Assembly (NCBI GenBank): GCA_964016885.1
Contig: OZ024742.1
Location: 270,568,001-270,632,000 of the forward strand
DNA: 64,000 nucleotides
DNA from: Eledone cirrhosa
Taxonomy: Eukaryota
Direction of reading: 5' to 3'
Shown here: positions 1 through 15,459 of the stretch, piece after piece
Numbering within the stretch: position 1 is the first letter of the stretch
How the letters are laid out: each line of letters opens with the position of its first letter
Notes under the pieces: model-generated
Databases searched by the model: none
Told to the model about the DNA's origin: nothing
Seen by the model: only the letters and a program-made list of their open reading frames with translations
Made by a program: the position numbers and the translations under genes

Positions 1-624
1 TGGTGGTGGGGGTGGGGTATGTGTGTATTTAGGGGGGGGGGTCCATGTATATGAAGAAATAGAAGGCAATAAAATGAAGAAAACAGAAAATAAATAATAA
101 ATAGAGAATAAATGAAAAATTAATGAAAAATAATGAAATATTACTGAAAAAAGAATATGGAAAATGAAAAATGAAGATGAAAAGTGAAAAATTAAATGAA
201 GATTCAAATAAAATAAGATAAAGTGTGTGTGTGCTATAACCAATCTCAAGGTCAGAAATATTTTGGATAGAGTGGTAGGAGGAACAAGATGGTAAAAGAA
301 TAAAACGAAATATGTTAATCAAATAAAATGTGTGTGTGCTATAACCAATCTCAACTTAAATAAAAATACAAGGGGATAAAGTGAATAAAACAGAAAACAA
401 ATAACAAATGAAAAATGAGAAATCAATAATGAGAAATCAAAAATTGGCTGTCACCGAAATATATATAGCAAAAGTAAACGAAGCCAAATTTTACACATTT
501 GACTTATTTATTTTATTTTACATTACTACGGAGTAACCAAACCCACCTGCGCACCTCGTCGAGTGCTCCAATCTGCATAATGAGGTGTTGGTATACAACC
601 AACATAAACTAAGAAAAAAAAAAA

Positions 625-809
625 ATATATATATATATGTATATATATGTATATATATATATGTACATATATATATATGTATATATATATATGTACATAT
701 ATATATATATACATATATATATATATGTATATATATGTATATATATATATATATGTATATATATGTTATATATATATATGTATATATATGTTATATAAAT
801 ATGTGTATA

Positions 810-872
<63 letters not shown>

Positions 873-950
873 GTTATATATATATATATGTATATATATG
901 TTATATATATATATATGTATATATATGTTATATATATATATGTATATATA

Positions 951-989
<39 letters not shown>

Positions 990-1176
990 ATATATGTTAT
1001 ATATATATATGTATATATATGTTATATATATGTATATATATGTTATATATATATATATGTATATATATGTTATATATATATATGTATATATATGTTATAA
1101 TATATATGTATATATATGTTATATATATATATATATGTATATATATGTTATATATATATATATATGTATATATATG

Positions 1177-1218
<42 letters not shown>

Positions 1219-1219
1219 G

Positions 1220-1270
<51 letters not shown>
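625..1270. repeat. (TA)n microsatellite with recurring GT/GTT interruptions
   Basis: Direct reading; recurring unit like tatatatgtatatatatgtta. Confidence 0.95.
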
Positions 1271-1275
<5 letters not shown>

Positions 1276-1481
1276 GAATAATCGAGTATCGAAAAATCGG
1301 CGCACGGGTTCACGATAAACAAAATTCGAGATGAGCGGCAGAGGGCTCCATAATTCAGATAAATCAGAGCTATAACTATCGTTAAAATACCGTCACACGT
1401 AGAATATGTCTACAATCAACCATACAACCGAAAAATTGCGATATGGAAGATTCGGGACACTCAGATAAATTATCAATAAAT

Positions 1482-1486
<5 letters not shown>
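1271..1486 (+). repeat. Dispersed partial copy of the 608-bp tandem unit at 52871-55020
   Basis: agtagaataatcgagtatcgaaaaatcggcgcac...gataaattatcaataaatcaat matches the first ~215 bp of the unit with few substitutions; flanked by (TA)n on both sides. Confidence 0.92.
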
Positions 1487-1512
<26 letters not shown>

Positions 1513-1517
<5 letters not shown>

Positions 1518-3530
1518 AGAAACAAAACATTTCTTATTGTGATCCAGTTCTTGGTTAAGAAAACCAGTTTCATGGATGGTTTCAACGTACGGTTAGGGGT
1601 AACTCCACAAGTTTGTAAGAATTCCGTTCAATCTTGGAGTATAAAGTATAAAAGAGAAAACACAGGTAAGCATTAAGAGAAGGATTGTATCCAGGTATTT
1701 ACCACCGTTTCATTGGTAAGTGCAACCTTATATTGCTATACTGCAAATAGCAGTCACTCAAATATAATTGTTGTTCACAGTCCAAATTTTCAAAATAGTA
1801 AGTTACTCTTGAAATAATTCTTAATATATAGAGAAAAATATTTATTTGGAATTGTATTTACTAGTATAGAGACGGAGGAATCAGAAGATGAGGGGACAAA
1901 CGGAATAGTATAGAGAGAGAGGAAGGGGGAAGAGGTAGGAAGTAGAGTGACAAACTGAGATGGAAGGAGGGGTAGAGGTGGAAGGATTCTTTGGACAGTT
2001 TCTATAGCAGACTTCATGTCGTGGAATGTAGTGAGTTAAAGAGATTTAAATTGATCATAGTGGGAGAGAGAGAGAGAGGGGGAGATATAAAGAGATAAAT
2101 ATATATATAAAAAAACATGGGAAGAAAAAAGAATACTGCGTGGTTGCATATGGGGTACATATTATAAAAATAGTCCTTCGTCAGTGATTTTCCAACCATC
2201 ATTGGTATTACATCGCATTAAAGATCATATACCTCAGGTTGGTGCGTGCAATAACTAAAAAAGGTTATTGGGACCAGTAATTCGCGTAAAGCGAGGGGGA
2301 CAAGTAAACAACATAGAAGGATAAAAGCAAACCAAAGATAGGAAAATAAACATGGTTGTCCGGTCAGCATAAGCTGGGTGGATTTCATGAGCGAGAGAGG
2401 TACAGACTGTCCGATGTGAGTTAGATGTAAGCAAGAAGAGACCCACTACAACCCAAACGGGAGGAAGTGAGAAAGGGAGAAATAGAGAGTGAGTTAGTGG
2501 AAGTGTGAGGAAGAGGTCAGTTGAGAGAAAGTGTAACTGACAGAGGGGGCGAAAGAAGATGAGATAAACAGAGAGAGCGGGGAAGCAGTAAGAGAGAAAC
2601 TAACAAACGCAGCCGAGGTAAATATATATTTAAAAAATGAGAAGAAAGAAGAAGACTGCGTGGTTGCACATGGGTTACATATGATAAAAATAGTTTTTCG
2701 TCAGTGATTTTCCAACCATCATTTGTATTTCATCGCATTAAAAATCATATATATATATATATAAAAATAAAGATAAAGATACTAATGACAAAAATAAAAG
2801 CAAAGGGGGTGATAAAGGAGAAAAGAAAAGATAACCAAGAAGGTGAGGGAGGAAGGAAGAAAACGAAGAAATAGAAGAGGAATGAGGGAGAAGAGAGAGA
2901 TATATGCATTGGTTTTGTGGGTAATTAAAAGGGTTTAGGTAAAACAAGAGGGTATAAAGTCTAAGTATATGCAGTTTGTCAGTTGGTAGTAAGAGGTTAA
3001 GGGTTGGAAAACTTTTCTTTGAGTCTATGATTACAATAAATTGATCTTTCGATTTTATTGTTGAGTAACTAATTCTTCGAACTCAAGATGTGGAACAGCT
3101 CAAGGTCGCATAATCGACAGCTTCTCATACCACTCCGATATGGGGGCGCGTTCGATAATTTTTTCCACTTCAGGGTGTATTGATGGTTACTTTCCCTCAG
3201 TTGCCAGGTCTTGTTTGCAAGGGTAGTTACATAACGATGCTGGGAATGTTTCATTGCGTAACGGTGTGTATGCTAACGGGCTTTAAATGTATTCCCAGTC
3301 GCTCCGATGTAATAACATTTCTAGTTGTCTGATTCTACTGTACATTGGTAAACCAGGTTAGACCGCATACATTCATTATGTAATGGACAGGTTTCAGGTA
3401 GGTGGCAGTTACAATTCTTGTCATGGGCAACTTTGGCATTATTGGAGGGCTGCGATGTCTGTACAATTTGTTACGTTTTGATTGCCTATTAGCGGGTGGT
3501 TGTGTATTATATATTCTGTTGTGTTTGGTG
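1513..3530 (-). mobile_element. PLE 3' part (GIY-YIG endonuclease pseudogene plus 3' UTR/pLTR), inverted relative to the RT at 3540-4650
   Basis: Minus strand reads NCNCHLPETCPL, NLVYQCTV...YYIGATGNTFKAR and ORF 3069..3254 (YTLKW...CRLCDLE), with stops. The left boundary is uncertain. Confidence 0.8.
2121..2751. repeat. ~110-bp direct repeat, 520-bp spacing (2121-2231 and 2641-2751)
   Basis: actgcgtggttgca...ttcgtcagtgattttccaaccatcatt...catcgcatta occurs twice; the minus strand contains CTGACGA. Confidence 0.88.
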
Positions 3531-3539
3531 GTGTACAGC

Positions 3540-4650
3540 CATGTACCCCCACATTTAACCTCAAGGACCACAAGGTAAATTTTGATTATAACCCCACAAT
3601 TAGACTTATATGCCCGTCCACATTGGACATCGGGAAAATTAGTAAACATATATTAGACAGAGTGATAGCACAAATGAAGAATAAACTAGTGATTAAACTA
3701 TGGGGTAACGCTACCGAATCAATTAAGTGGTTTAACAATATAGCTAACAAAGAAGTTACTAAATTTATACAATTTGACATTAACGATTATTATTCATCTA
3801 TATCCCCCAAGACCTTGGATAAAGCCTTAGCATTCGCCAAAGCCAATTCTGATATAACAGACGACGAGAGAAAAATCATATTAGCTGCTAGGAAAACAAT
3901 AATTAAATTTGAAAACGCCTATTGGGAACGTAAGGATAGATTAAATAATGTTGACATCACGATGGGGGCTAACGACTCGGCTCAAGTCACAGATTTAGTA
4001 GGTATTTACATAGCCCATAGTTTACAAAGTGAGTTTAGCGACCTTCACGGTGGAATCTACAGAGACGACGACCTTCTTTCTAGTTAAGAACCTAAATAAC
4101 AAGAGCATAGAATGACTCCGTAAGAATATTAGAAAGACTCTCGGAAAACTAGGCCTTAGCATAACGTATGAATAGAGCACTAAACAGTTAACTATAAGAC
4201 CTTTTCACAAGATTAATGAAAACTTAGCATACATCAACTGTAACTCAAACCACCCACTATCCATAATTAAATCCATTCCACGCAGCATATCCCTTAGGAT
4301 CTCCCGCCTCTCATCTAACCGACAAATCTTCGAAGAACATGCAGAATACTACAATACCGCATTAGACAAGGCAGGCCACTTAGATAGAGTAGAATATATA
4401 GATGAAAGCCTGCGTGAAGCACACAGGAACACGCATAACACAAACTCCGGTAACACACGCACACACGCACTTACGCATAGAACTGCAAAGTATACGGCAC
4501 ATATAAATACAACATCGAAATCAAACAAGTCACGCAGTAGAAAATATATTTGGTATAACCCCATATTTAACACCTCTATTAGTACTAACCTACCCTCTAC
4601 CTTCTTTAGAATAATAAACACGCACTTTCCAGATTCACATAGATACAGCA
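3540..4650 (+). pseudogene. 5'-truncated PLE reverse transcriptase (Hydra-type)
   Basis: ORF 3482..4087: LKDHK, RLICP, QFDINDYYSSI, DITMGANDSAQVTDLVG, GIYRDD. It continues with stops/frameshifts to WYNPIF and ends in (TA)n. Confidence 0.9.
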
Positions 4651-4651
4651 A

Positions 4652-4689
<38 letters not shown>

Positions 4690-4725
4690 TTTATATATAT
4701 ACATATATTTATATATATATATATG

Positions 4726-5247
<522 letters not shown>

Positions 5248-5280
5248 TACATGAATCAAAGTTCTGTTTAAACCATTTAT

Positions 5281-5329
5281 TCGCTTACAATTGTTTCTTC
5301 CAAACCGATGTTTGGTGTATTCGGAGCAA
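5281..5329 (-). ncRNA. Degenerate minimal type I hammerhead ribozyme motif
   Basis: Minus strand: uugcu-CCGAAUA-ca-ccaaac-aucg-guuugg-aa-GAAA-CAAUUG-UA-agcga, followed by AAUAAA. Two mismatches to the CUGANGA core. Confidence 0.6.
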
Positions 5330-6793
5330 TTTTTCAATGATTTTTTACACACTTGACCTCCTTTCCAACACAAGAGGCGTATAGAAACATATGTATATAT
5401 TGATGCACAGTGGGTTGACATCCATTATAATACTATAGCATGGCAATTTACATACAAAGAATAAAATCATATGAAACAACAAAATTAAAGTTAAAATACA
5501 ACATTGGCAGTTTACGAATATAAAGCAAGAGGATAGTTTGAAGTAGTTAGTGTATGCAATAGTTACACGTGGGGCATGCACGTGTGTCATATTTATATAA
5601 GATTATAGTGCGGCAGGTTGTTATATGTAATACAAGCAGTTTAAGCGGGCAATCAAGAGTATTATGGGAGTTGTATTGGTAAATTATTTTTTTATATATG
5701 TATGATATAGAAGCCTGTTTGTAGAGAAATATCAAAAATATTAAAAATGTGAAGCAAAACAACGCCACGGTCCTCCTCGCATACACCCCCATTTTCACAA
5801 TCCATGAAACGCAATTTATAGATTCTATGTCCCTCACACAATCCACGATGATTCAACATCGGATGCTTGATGAACCATGTTAGAACACCACATCTTGTTC
5901 TCTAATCCAATTTTATAGAGCAGGTTGTTTTTGTTGCGAGAATTGACATCGTATTATTTTCCGGAAGTGTGTGTGCGATTAAGGGGAGGTAACTAGCTGA
6001 TTTCTATAACTAAATTTATTATCCTAATGTACATTAAATGGTGTCTCAAATGAGTCCCTATCATATAAGGTTATAAACAGTTTCTAAATTTAAGTATCTT
6101 ATCTATAAATTACAGTGTAGCCTATCAAGAAGTACTAAAGGTGTTCATATTAGGATGATTACCTTCTATCATACAGTGCCACAACTGAATATTCTACATG
6201 AAGAGTCAGATCCCCAAATCAATGATCTTTGTAAGTGTAGTCTACCCGCAGAACCTGGCAGGGTTTTATTAGAATCACTTCTATATATAACTCCTGGTAA
6301 GCTCTGGGTCAGTGCATGTCTGATTGCATGGCGAAGTTAAATATCACTAGGGAAGACCAGAGATCAATTGTCACTTACAATGACACTAATCTGACCATCA
6401 AGTCATACATGTATGTATAACTCATACATCACTTGTACATAATTCATTGCACTCAGCATATAGGTTATATAGCTCTTTTATATTAATAAATTAATTAATC
6501 TTCCATTTAACCAATGATGGCACTCCATACACAGAACAACATTCGCACAATCAATTCCGTGCTTAAAGTTTACATTAATTATATAATGGTGTAATGTAGT
6601 CTAAGTAATTGAAGGCAAATATAGCAAAAGTAGATGTACATGGGGATATCTCTAGGGTAAAAGGTACTAGGAGCATGTCACTATTTGCGTTAAAGTGGAT
6701 CAATGAGTGTGGAGATGTGGTGTAAGGTGTGCCCTTGAGGTTTGTTGCTAGAGGTGGTGACGGGTTCAAGTCTGACATTGTTATATATTGGGT

Positions 6794-8426
6794 TTAAAGT
6801 TTTGGAAGGAGTGTCGAAAGCGGTGCTGGCAAGACGCGAACACTCCGATTTTTTATTAAGGAGGTTATGGTTTGAGAAGATAATAGTATGGTCTCTAGTA
6901 GACAGAGGTTATAAAATTGATTAGGTGGTTTGTACGATGTCGCGTTACCTATCACTTCCCATTTAAGTGTATATGATTTATTTTTAGTTTTTAGATAGTG
7001 TATGTAGCTAAATAGTGAAGTGGAGTTGGCTAGACTGTGTTTTTTGAAAGAGTGGAGGTGCGAATTGTATCTGGTTTTGAAGCAGTTTGAAGTAGAGCCT
7101 ATATAGGTTTCAGAAGAGTTGCTAGTTGTGACGGTGCATGAGTATATGATATCCTTGATTAAGCATTTTTTATCTAAAGGGCAGGTTCTATTTGATCTAC
7201 AGTTACAATTATTCTGGGTGTTAGTCTGCCGGTTATTATGTTGTGTAGAAGTCTGGATGGTAGTTATAGGATTATGGTTATGGGGGTTGTCGTTCCCAGC
7301 GTTATTGCTTACACTAGTGCTATTACTATTATTTCTATTGTTATTAGGGTTAGTTGATATAATGTTATTTTGAAGGTTTATCGTATGTTGTGATTTAGTT
7401 TGTTGGAAGTAAGAATTAATTTTTCTTTTATTGCTACTAGCTATATGGTATGCTATGTTAGGCGTAATAGAGTAGGAGATTTTAATAGTGTTTTTGTTTA
7501 AAAGGCTATGGTACTTGTGGCCAGATGCGAAGTTTTTATCTAGTAGTGAGAAGAAAGCCCTAGGTTGGATGGTAGAGACGTTTAGATTGAAAGGAGGGTT
7601 GAAAAATGTATTATTTCTTCTATTTTTGTTTTTTATGCCTGGTGAGTTGTTTCCTTTTATGGTACTATGGTAATTTCTGTGGTGTGGGTTACTTTTGTTG
7701 GCATCCTCCGTATTAGTGTGTGTGTAGTTGCTATTCTTATTACTAAATTTCCTCATGGACATACTGTGCGAAATAATGTTGTAGCTTTTTATTTTTGTAG
7801 GTAGGAACTCGATCTCTATATTATGGCCTGATCTACCTGATGCCTGATTATAATATTGCAAGTTTTTGCTAAATATGTTTACGTCATAGGATAGATTAGA
7901 GATTCTATTGGATACTCCTTTAGATATAGAGTTTAATATTGATCTAGGGTGGTTAGACTTGGTATCTACGTAAATGAGTTTTTCATTAGGTTTGTGGAAA
8001 GGTGTATATATCTTTGAGTCTAGGTAGAGGGTGGCGTCCAGCAAGTTAACGTTTTTAGTGTTTTTGTCCATGATACTACTAAGGTTATAGTTTTTGAATG
8101 TCTTGTGCAATAGTTTTCTAGTTCTTTCTTTATTGAATTTTGTATAGTCTATAAGTAGAAGTCCATCATCGCGGTACAAACCACCGTTGTGGTATGGAAG
8201 GTCCTTATGGATTTCGTTAAGTAAATATAGGCCTACCAAATCAGTGACCTGCGCCGAGTCACTAGATCCCATGGTTATGTCGAAGTTGATTTGCTTATCT
8301 TTAAGGGTCCATAATTGGTCTTCAAAGGTGATTACGGTTTTACGGGCCGCAAGTATGACATCAATCTGGGGTCTAGTCAAGACACTGTTGTCCATGGCCA
8401 TGATAAGTGCCTTATTTAATAGGATA
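6794..8426 (-). mobile_element. 5'-truncated Hydra-type PLE: RT C-half, Asn-rich linker, Cys motif, GIY-YIG endonuclease
   Basis: 535-aa ORF 6794..8401: FDITMGSSDSAQVTDLVG, GLYRDDGL, SNHP, FFNPPF, KISYS, CNCRSNRTCPLDKKC, IIY...YIGST. Confidence 0.93.
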
Positions 8427-8555
8427 GGGGAAATATCCTATTAAATAAGGCACTTATCATGGCCATGGACAATAGTGACATGACTAGACCCCAGATTGAT
8501 GTCATACTTGCGGCCCGTAAAACCGTAATCACCTTTGAAGACCAATTATGGACCC
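8306..8555. repeat. Inverted duplication of the PLE 5' truncation end (arms ~8306-8426 / 8434-8555)
   Basis: Near-perfect palindrome centred near 8430; the same peptide HNWSSKVITVLRAASMTSIWGLV appears in ORFs on both strands. Confidence 0.92.
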
Positions 8556-9055
8556 GCAAAGTTACACAAAACAACTTCGACATATATTGGCTCCCTACAT
8601 TTTTATCATCATAGTAGACTATTGTATGTGCCTTGCACTGGAGAAACACCAGGACTCTGGCTTTACTGTGGCACCGACTCAGAGCAGGAGAGTTAAGGCG
8701 AAAAAGATATCGGATGCTGAATTTGCCGACGACATAGTTTTGGTGACAACTAGAGTGAAGGAGGCTGAGGATTTGATGCAGGAGGTTGAGAATGTCGATG
8801 AGTTTGGGGATGAGAATGAATGAGACTAAAACAAAATATCTGGTAGAGAATGTTGAGAAGCCAGAGGAGATTACTAATGTAGGCGGGAAGCCGCTTGAAT
8901 TGGTTGAGGACGTCCTGTATTTGCGAGCAAAATTGGGAATACGGAAGATGATGTGGTTGGGAGGAAGATCAAAGCCTGGGCGGCGTGCGACAGACTGGGA
9001 TCGGTGTGGAAGTCGAACCTTCGTAAAGACCTGAAAATCCGCCTCTTCATTGCTA
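8556..9055 (+). pseudogene. RTE-clade (RTE-X-like) reverse transcriptase fragment
   Basis: ILAPYIFIIIVDYCM...DAEFADDIVL, then GMRMNETKTKY, VEDVLYL and [14 protein letters not shown] across frameshifts. Confidence 0.82.
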
Positions 9056-9475
<420 letters not shown>

Positions 9476-9554
9476 TATGTATAATGGTAGCTATGGTGCT
9501 TCCATAGGCGGTATGCCAAAATTAGCACTCAATATTCATACAGAGCAGGGTGTG

Positions 9555-9839
9555 TATAGTATAAAAAAACGAAAAATCAGTGATGCATCACTGATGCGTG
9601 TTACAATTGTTTCGCCGGCAAGTAGCTCGAGACATGATCACTGTATGGATCTGCTGATTCTACGGCTGCAGTTCCTTCGGACACATACAAATCGTTCGGA
9701 GCAAATTTTCTCACTGGCGTGTTATCGTAAAAAAATACCTTCAACAAAACTTGTCCACTATTGTGATGCGATTGGCTGTTGTTTTTCCACGTCATCATAC
9801 GTTCTGGTCACTATTTACTGCTACACTGGTCATCAGCCA
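9555..9839 (-). mobile_element. Short non-coding repeat with HHR-like motif (copy 1; copy 2 at 15849-16159)
   Basis: Shares gtgttacaattgtttcgccggca...ctacggctgcag with copy 2. Minus strand 9598-9684: gugu-CCGAAGGA...gccg/cggc-GAAA-CAAUUG-UA-acac. Confidence 0.78.
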
Positions 9840-11188
9840 TTTTTCGTCCGACACACTTCAATGGAGCCATGCTGGGTTTGGCATCTCACACGTCTGATCC
9901 CCCTCCCGAGTATGTATCCACATATACACACACACACATGCATACACACGCGCAGGTACACACACATGCATGCATATATGTACGCATACATGTGTAGACA
10001 CACATACCCCCATGCACATATATACACGCACACACTCTTCCTCTCTTACACATACCGAGGCGCACCCACATCTACATACCGACTGCCAAATGCCTGTTGG
10101 CGCCTGGCCAAACAGCCCCTTACATCCGGTCTCACACGCACGCATACGCCACATACGCGCAGACACACACGTTCACGCATACAAAGACACATATCGGCGT
10201 TCGAGCATATATGCACATACATACACAAACACTCTCAGACACATATATATAAACACACGCGGATAATCGCATAACCTGATGGATAGGCATTAAGGACAGA
10301 CACATTTCCAAAGACATAAGCACATATACACACACATACACACACATACCACACCTGTACATATATCTACACACAAGTACATGTACCCGCATATAAACAC
10401 ATAGACAAACCCTGACCTATGTGGGTGTACGTACGCACCCACACACACTCACACACCTCCGCTGACAGATACACACACCATATATATATATGTGTGTGTA
10501 CACAGACAAATATACACACGCATGCAGACACACACGTATACACATGTACATATATGTACATTCATACATATATACACACATACATGTAATACACACATAC
10601 ACATACATACTTATACACACATATGTCTATATGTGTACACACACACACAAACATACACATATACACACATACGCAGACACATATACCTACGCATAAATTT
10701 ATATATATATATATTTGTGAATGAAGTAGTTCCGTCGGAAAAGTCCAGGAAAAAAGAGTGCTCTATGTAGGTAACAAAGCTGAATAGTTATGTAATAAAC
10801 AACATAAGGCAATTATTCCATTTACCAGTGGTTCCTTCAAAACCAAACATTTTGCTTTCAATCCTAGGAATTAAAAAATCCAGGTCTGTTTATTGAATTT
10901 GGATTTTAAAAACAAAAATGCAATCTATATGAAAGTGAGGTTGGAGAAAGAAGAGGGAAAGGAAAAATAAAATAAAACCGCACATGCAAACACACACACA
11001 AACACACACATACACACACAAAAGCATACATACAGACACACACATATATATATATATATATATGTAGGATGTGAGTTTTAATGTAGTACAATAAACACAT
11101 ATACACATATATATGTGTATTTAAATACACACATACACATACATATATACAACCACACACACATATATACACACATATATATATAGAA

Positions 11189-11233
<45 letters not shown>

Positions 11234-11593
11234 TAAATATACATACATACATACACATACATAGCCATACACACATACATATACATACATACATACATGC
11301 ACACAATCATACCTATATACACACGTACATACATACACATACATAAATGCGTACATATGCATGTACAAAATTAGAAAAATATACACACCTCTACATACAC
11401 ACGCAAATAAATATAACAAAAAATATATATAAAAATAAAATAATTATACAGTTGACAGCGATACATGCGACGAGTAGATGAACAGACACGCGTGGTAAGC
11501 AATACACACAAATGCTCGTACACATACGTACGAAAAAGTAAATACATACACAAACACGCACGCACACACATATACATATATACACACACATAT

Positions 11594-11624
<31 letters not shown>

Positions 11625-11639
11625 AATACATACACACAT

Positions 11640-11670
<31 letters not shown>

Positions 11671-12090
11671 CATACACACACACATACATACATAGCTATA
11701 CAATTATGCACATACAAATACGTACATATCACAAACACGCACAATGAAATACAAACACACACACACACATACATATATATATGTGAGTGTGTAAAACTCA
11801 ATCTTAGATAATTCATATGAACCTTATATATATAGTAGTAATGTAATAAACAACATAAGGCAATTATTCCAATCACCAGTGGTTTCTTAAATGCTAAAAA
11901 TGTGGCCTTCAATCCTCAGAATGAAAAAAACCTGGTCTATCTACATATACATATATATACACACATATATATATATACATATACACATACACATACATAC
12001 ACATACATTTTGTTATGTGAAGGGTAAAGCAAAAATAATATATGGGGGGGGGGGAAGACATAGGAAAAGCTTAAATATAAGGGGAAATAA

Positions 12091-13612
12091 GTTGGCATTG
12101 CAAGTAAAAAAAATCTTAAGATAAATAATTCCCCAAATTAGAACTAACACTGACCTATCACAGTAGCTAAATACTTCCTCTGTTATTTCTTGGTTTAATA
12201 ATATACAAGGTAAAAATAAGTGTAGATTTACCCAATTTGATATTGTTGATTTTTACCCCTCTATTACTGTTTCCTAATTAACTAATGCCTTAGATTTCGC
12301 AAGACCCTTCATTACTATTTCTAAATTAGGAGAAGACATTATCTTTCATGCTAGAAAAACTTTACTCTTTACTAATGAAAATATTTCGGTTAAAAAGTCA
12401 AACCCTGAAAACTCTTTTGATGTTGCAATTTATATGACAGTGCGGATGTGTGTGACTTAGTAGGATTATTCCTTCTCCACACCCTGAAAGAGAAATTTCC
12501 GTCCTATAATATCGGTTTATACCGTGATGACGGATTGGCAGTTTCTCATAACACCAACAGCCATAACCTTGATAAATTCCGTAAAGATTTAATCAATACT
12601 TTTGCTAATCTTAACCTTAAAATCACTATAGATATGAACTTTACCAATGCTAACTTTCTTCATATTAATCTTGATCTACTTACCGCCTCTTTTAAACCCT
12701 ATCATAAACATAATGAAAATCTTATGTATATACACAAAGAGTCTTGCCATCCCCCTATAGTTTTTAATAATCTTATTCCTAACATTAGCCGTAGGATTTC
12801 TATCTTATTATCATCTATAGACATTTTTAATAAAGCCGCCCTTTATTATAATAAAGCCCTTAAGAACAGCGGTTTTACAGAATTTTTTTTTATTCCCCCC
12901 ACCCCCTAAATCTAACCACAATAATAGGAAACGGAAAATTATTTGGTTCACACCCCCCTTCTCTCTAACTGTCAAAACTAATGTAGGAAGGAAATTCCTT
13001 GAACTCTTAGACAAACATTTTTCTCCTAATCATAGATATTATAAGATATTTAATAGGAACGTAGTTAAGATCAGTTACTCTCGTTGCCCATCTACGAAGT
13101 CCAAGATCACTAGTTCAAATCATACGACAACAAATCCAGGATGCAGTTGTAGGAAGCCGGATGAATGCCCATTGCAGGGAAAATGTAACACCAAATCTGT
13201 TGTTTATGAGGCTAAAATAACACCGGTAATCAACAACCAGCCAGCCAGGGGTGAGGGATATGTCGGTATGACCCAGGACAGGTTTAAAACCAGATTTTAC
13301 TCACATGTCGCTTCTTTTAAGCACTCCGATAAACGAACATCAACGGCCCTCGCAAGTAAGGTGTGGGAATTCAAGGATAGTAACATCACGTACTCTATCG
13401 ATTGGTCTATGTTAGACTATTCAAGGGAGTACCAAAGGGGCACAAAGAATTGTTCTATGTGTACCACAGAAACATATAGGATTTTGCTAAACATGAGAGC
13501 CACTTCTGCTTGCCTAAACTCAAAGACTGAGATCTTCATATGTTGTCCTCATCTGAAATCACATCCGATCTGTAACTGGATTGACACTCCTATGATAAAT
13601 CAACCGCCTTGA
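12091..13612 (+). pseudogene. Hydra-type PLE RT plus GIY-YIG endonuclease, frameshifted
   Basis: QFDIVDFYPSI, CDLVGLFLL, GLYRDDGL, SCHP, WFTPPF, KISYS, CSCRKPDECPLQGKC, VVY...YVGMT, CSMC, CCPH. Confidence 0.92.
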
Positions 13613-13863
13613 ACTCCTTTTCTGCTCTTTACTTCTACTTCGGTTTTTTATTTATTTACTGAATCCACGTTCTGTACTCTTGTATTATTTTTCTCCCTTA
13701 TCTCCCCTTATATTTCACCTTTTCCTATGTCTCCCCCCCCCCATATACTCTTCTTGCCTTGCCCTTCACATACCAAAATGTATGTGTATGTATGTGTATG
13801 TGTATATGCATATATATATATGTGTGTATATATATATATGTATATGTAGATAGACCAGGTTTT

Positions 13864-13923
13864 TTTCATTCTGAGGATTGAAGGACACATTTTTAGCTTT
13901 TAAGAAACCACTGGTGAATGGAA
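13864..13923 (+). ncRNA. Hammerhead motif in pLTR (homologues at 11867-11926 and 10816-10875, minus strand)
   Basis: uuucauu-CUGAGGA-uugaagg/cuuuuaa-GAAA-ccacugg-U-G-aauggaa. All three stems pair, but position 17 is G. Confidence 0.75.
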
Positions 13924-14020
13924 TAATTGCCTTATGTTGTTTATTACATTACTACCATATCTATGTATATATAAGGTTCATATGAATTATCTAAGATTGA
14001 GTTTTACACACTCACATATA

Positions 14021-14069
<49 letters not shown>

Positions 14070-14136
14070 TTGTATTTGGTTGTGCGTGTTTGTGATATAT
14101 ACCTATTTTGAATAGCTTTGTATGTGTGTGTGTAAG

Positions 14137-14255
<119 letters not shown>

Positions 14256-14759
14256 ATGTGTGTGTGTATTTATATATATATTATATATATATATGTATAT
14301 ATATATATGTATGTGTGTATGTGTGTGTATATATGTATATGTGTGAGTGTGCGTGTTTGTGTATGTATTTGTGTATGTGTATGTATGTGTTTACGTATTT
14401 GTATATGTATATTTATGTGTGAGGGTGTGTGTATGTATTTACTTTTTCGTACGTATGTGTACGTGCATTTGTGTATATTGCTTACCACGCGTGTCTGTTC
14501 ATCTACTCGTCGCATGTATCGCTGTCAACTGTATAATTATTTCATTTCTTATATATATTTTTTCTTATATTTCTTTTGCGTGTGTGAATATGTAGAGGTG
14601 TGTATATTTTTCTCATTTTGTACATGCATATGTACGCATTTATGTATTTGTATGTATGTACGTGTGTATATAGGTATGATTGTGTGGATGTGTGTATGTA
14701 TATGTATGTGTGTATGGCTATGTATGTGTATGTGTATGCATGTATGTATATATATATAC

Positions 14760-14821
<62 letters not shown>

Positions 14822-15357
14822 ATATATGTGTGTATATATGTGTGTGTGGTTGTATATATGCATGCGTATGTATAGATGTGTTGATATTTATGTGCGTATG
14901 TATGTATGTGTATATGTATGTGTATGTGTGTATTTATATACATATATATATGTGTATATGTGTGTGTGTTTATTGTACTACAATACACATACATACACAT
15001 AAACATACATACACATACATACACATAAATACATACACACATACATACATCCACATATAGATAAATCCACATGAATACACACACCCACATATATACATAC
15101 ATATATACATACACACATATATACATCTACATATATATATACATACGCACACGGACACCCACATGCACATACATGTACATATGCATATGTGCCTACACAC
15201 ACATGCTTCCACATATACATATATAAACAAAACCGTAAAATAAATATGCAATATACAATAACAATAAAATATACAATAAAATAAAATGTTTATAATTATG
15301 TGTGTGTATGTATATATATGTATGTTGTATATATATGTGTGTATATATATGTTTGTA

Positions 15358-15421
<64 letters not shown>

Positions 15422-15459
15422 TAAATATACACGGGTGTGTATGATTGTGTATAGAAGAT

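Noticed and set aside
548-612. Hairpins resembling an HHR (auaauga...uguuggu/accaaca-uaaa)
   Set aside because: Both core segments are mutated and there is no stem I.
9477-10274. 265-aa ORF
   Set aside because: Runs across a non-coding repeat and CA-rich low-complexity DNA; no recognisable domain.
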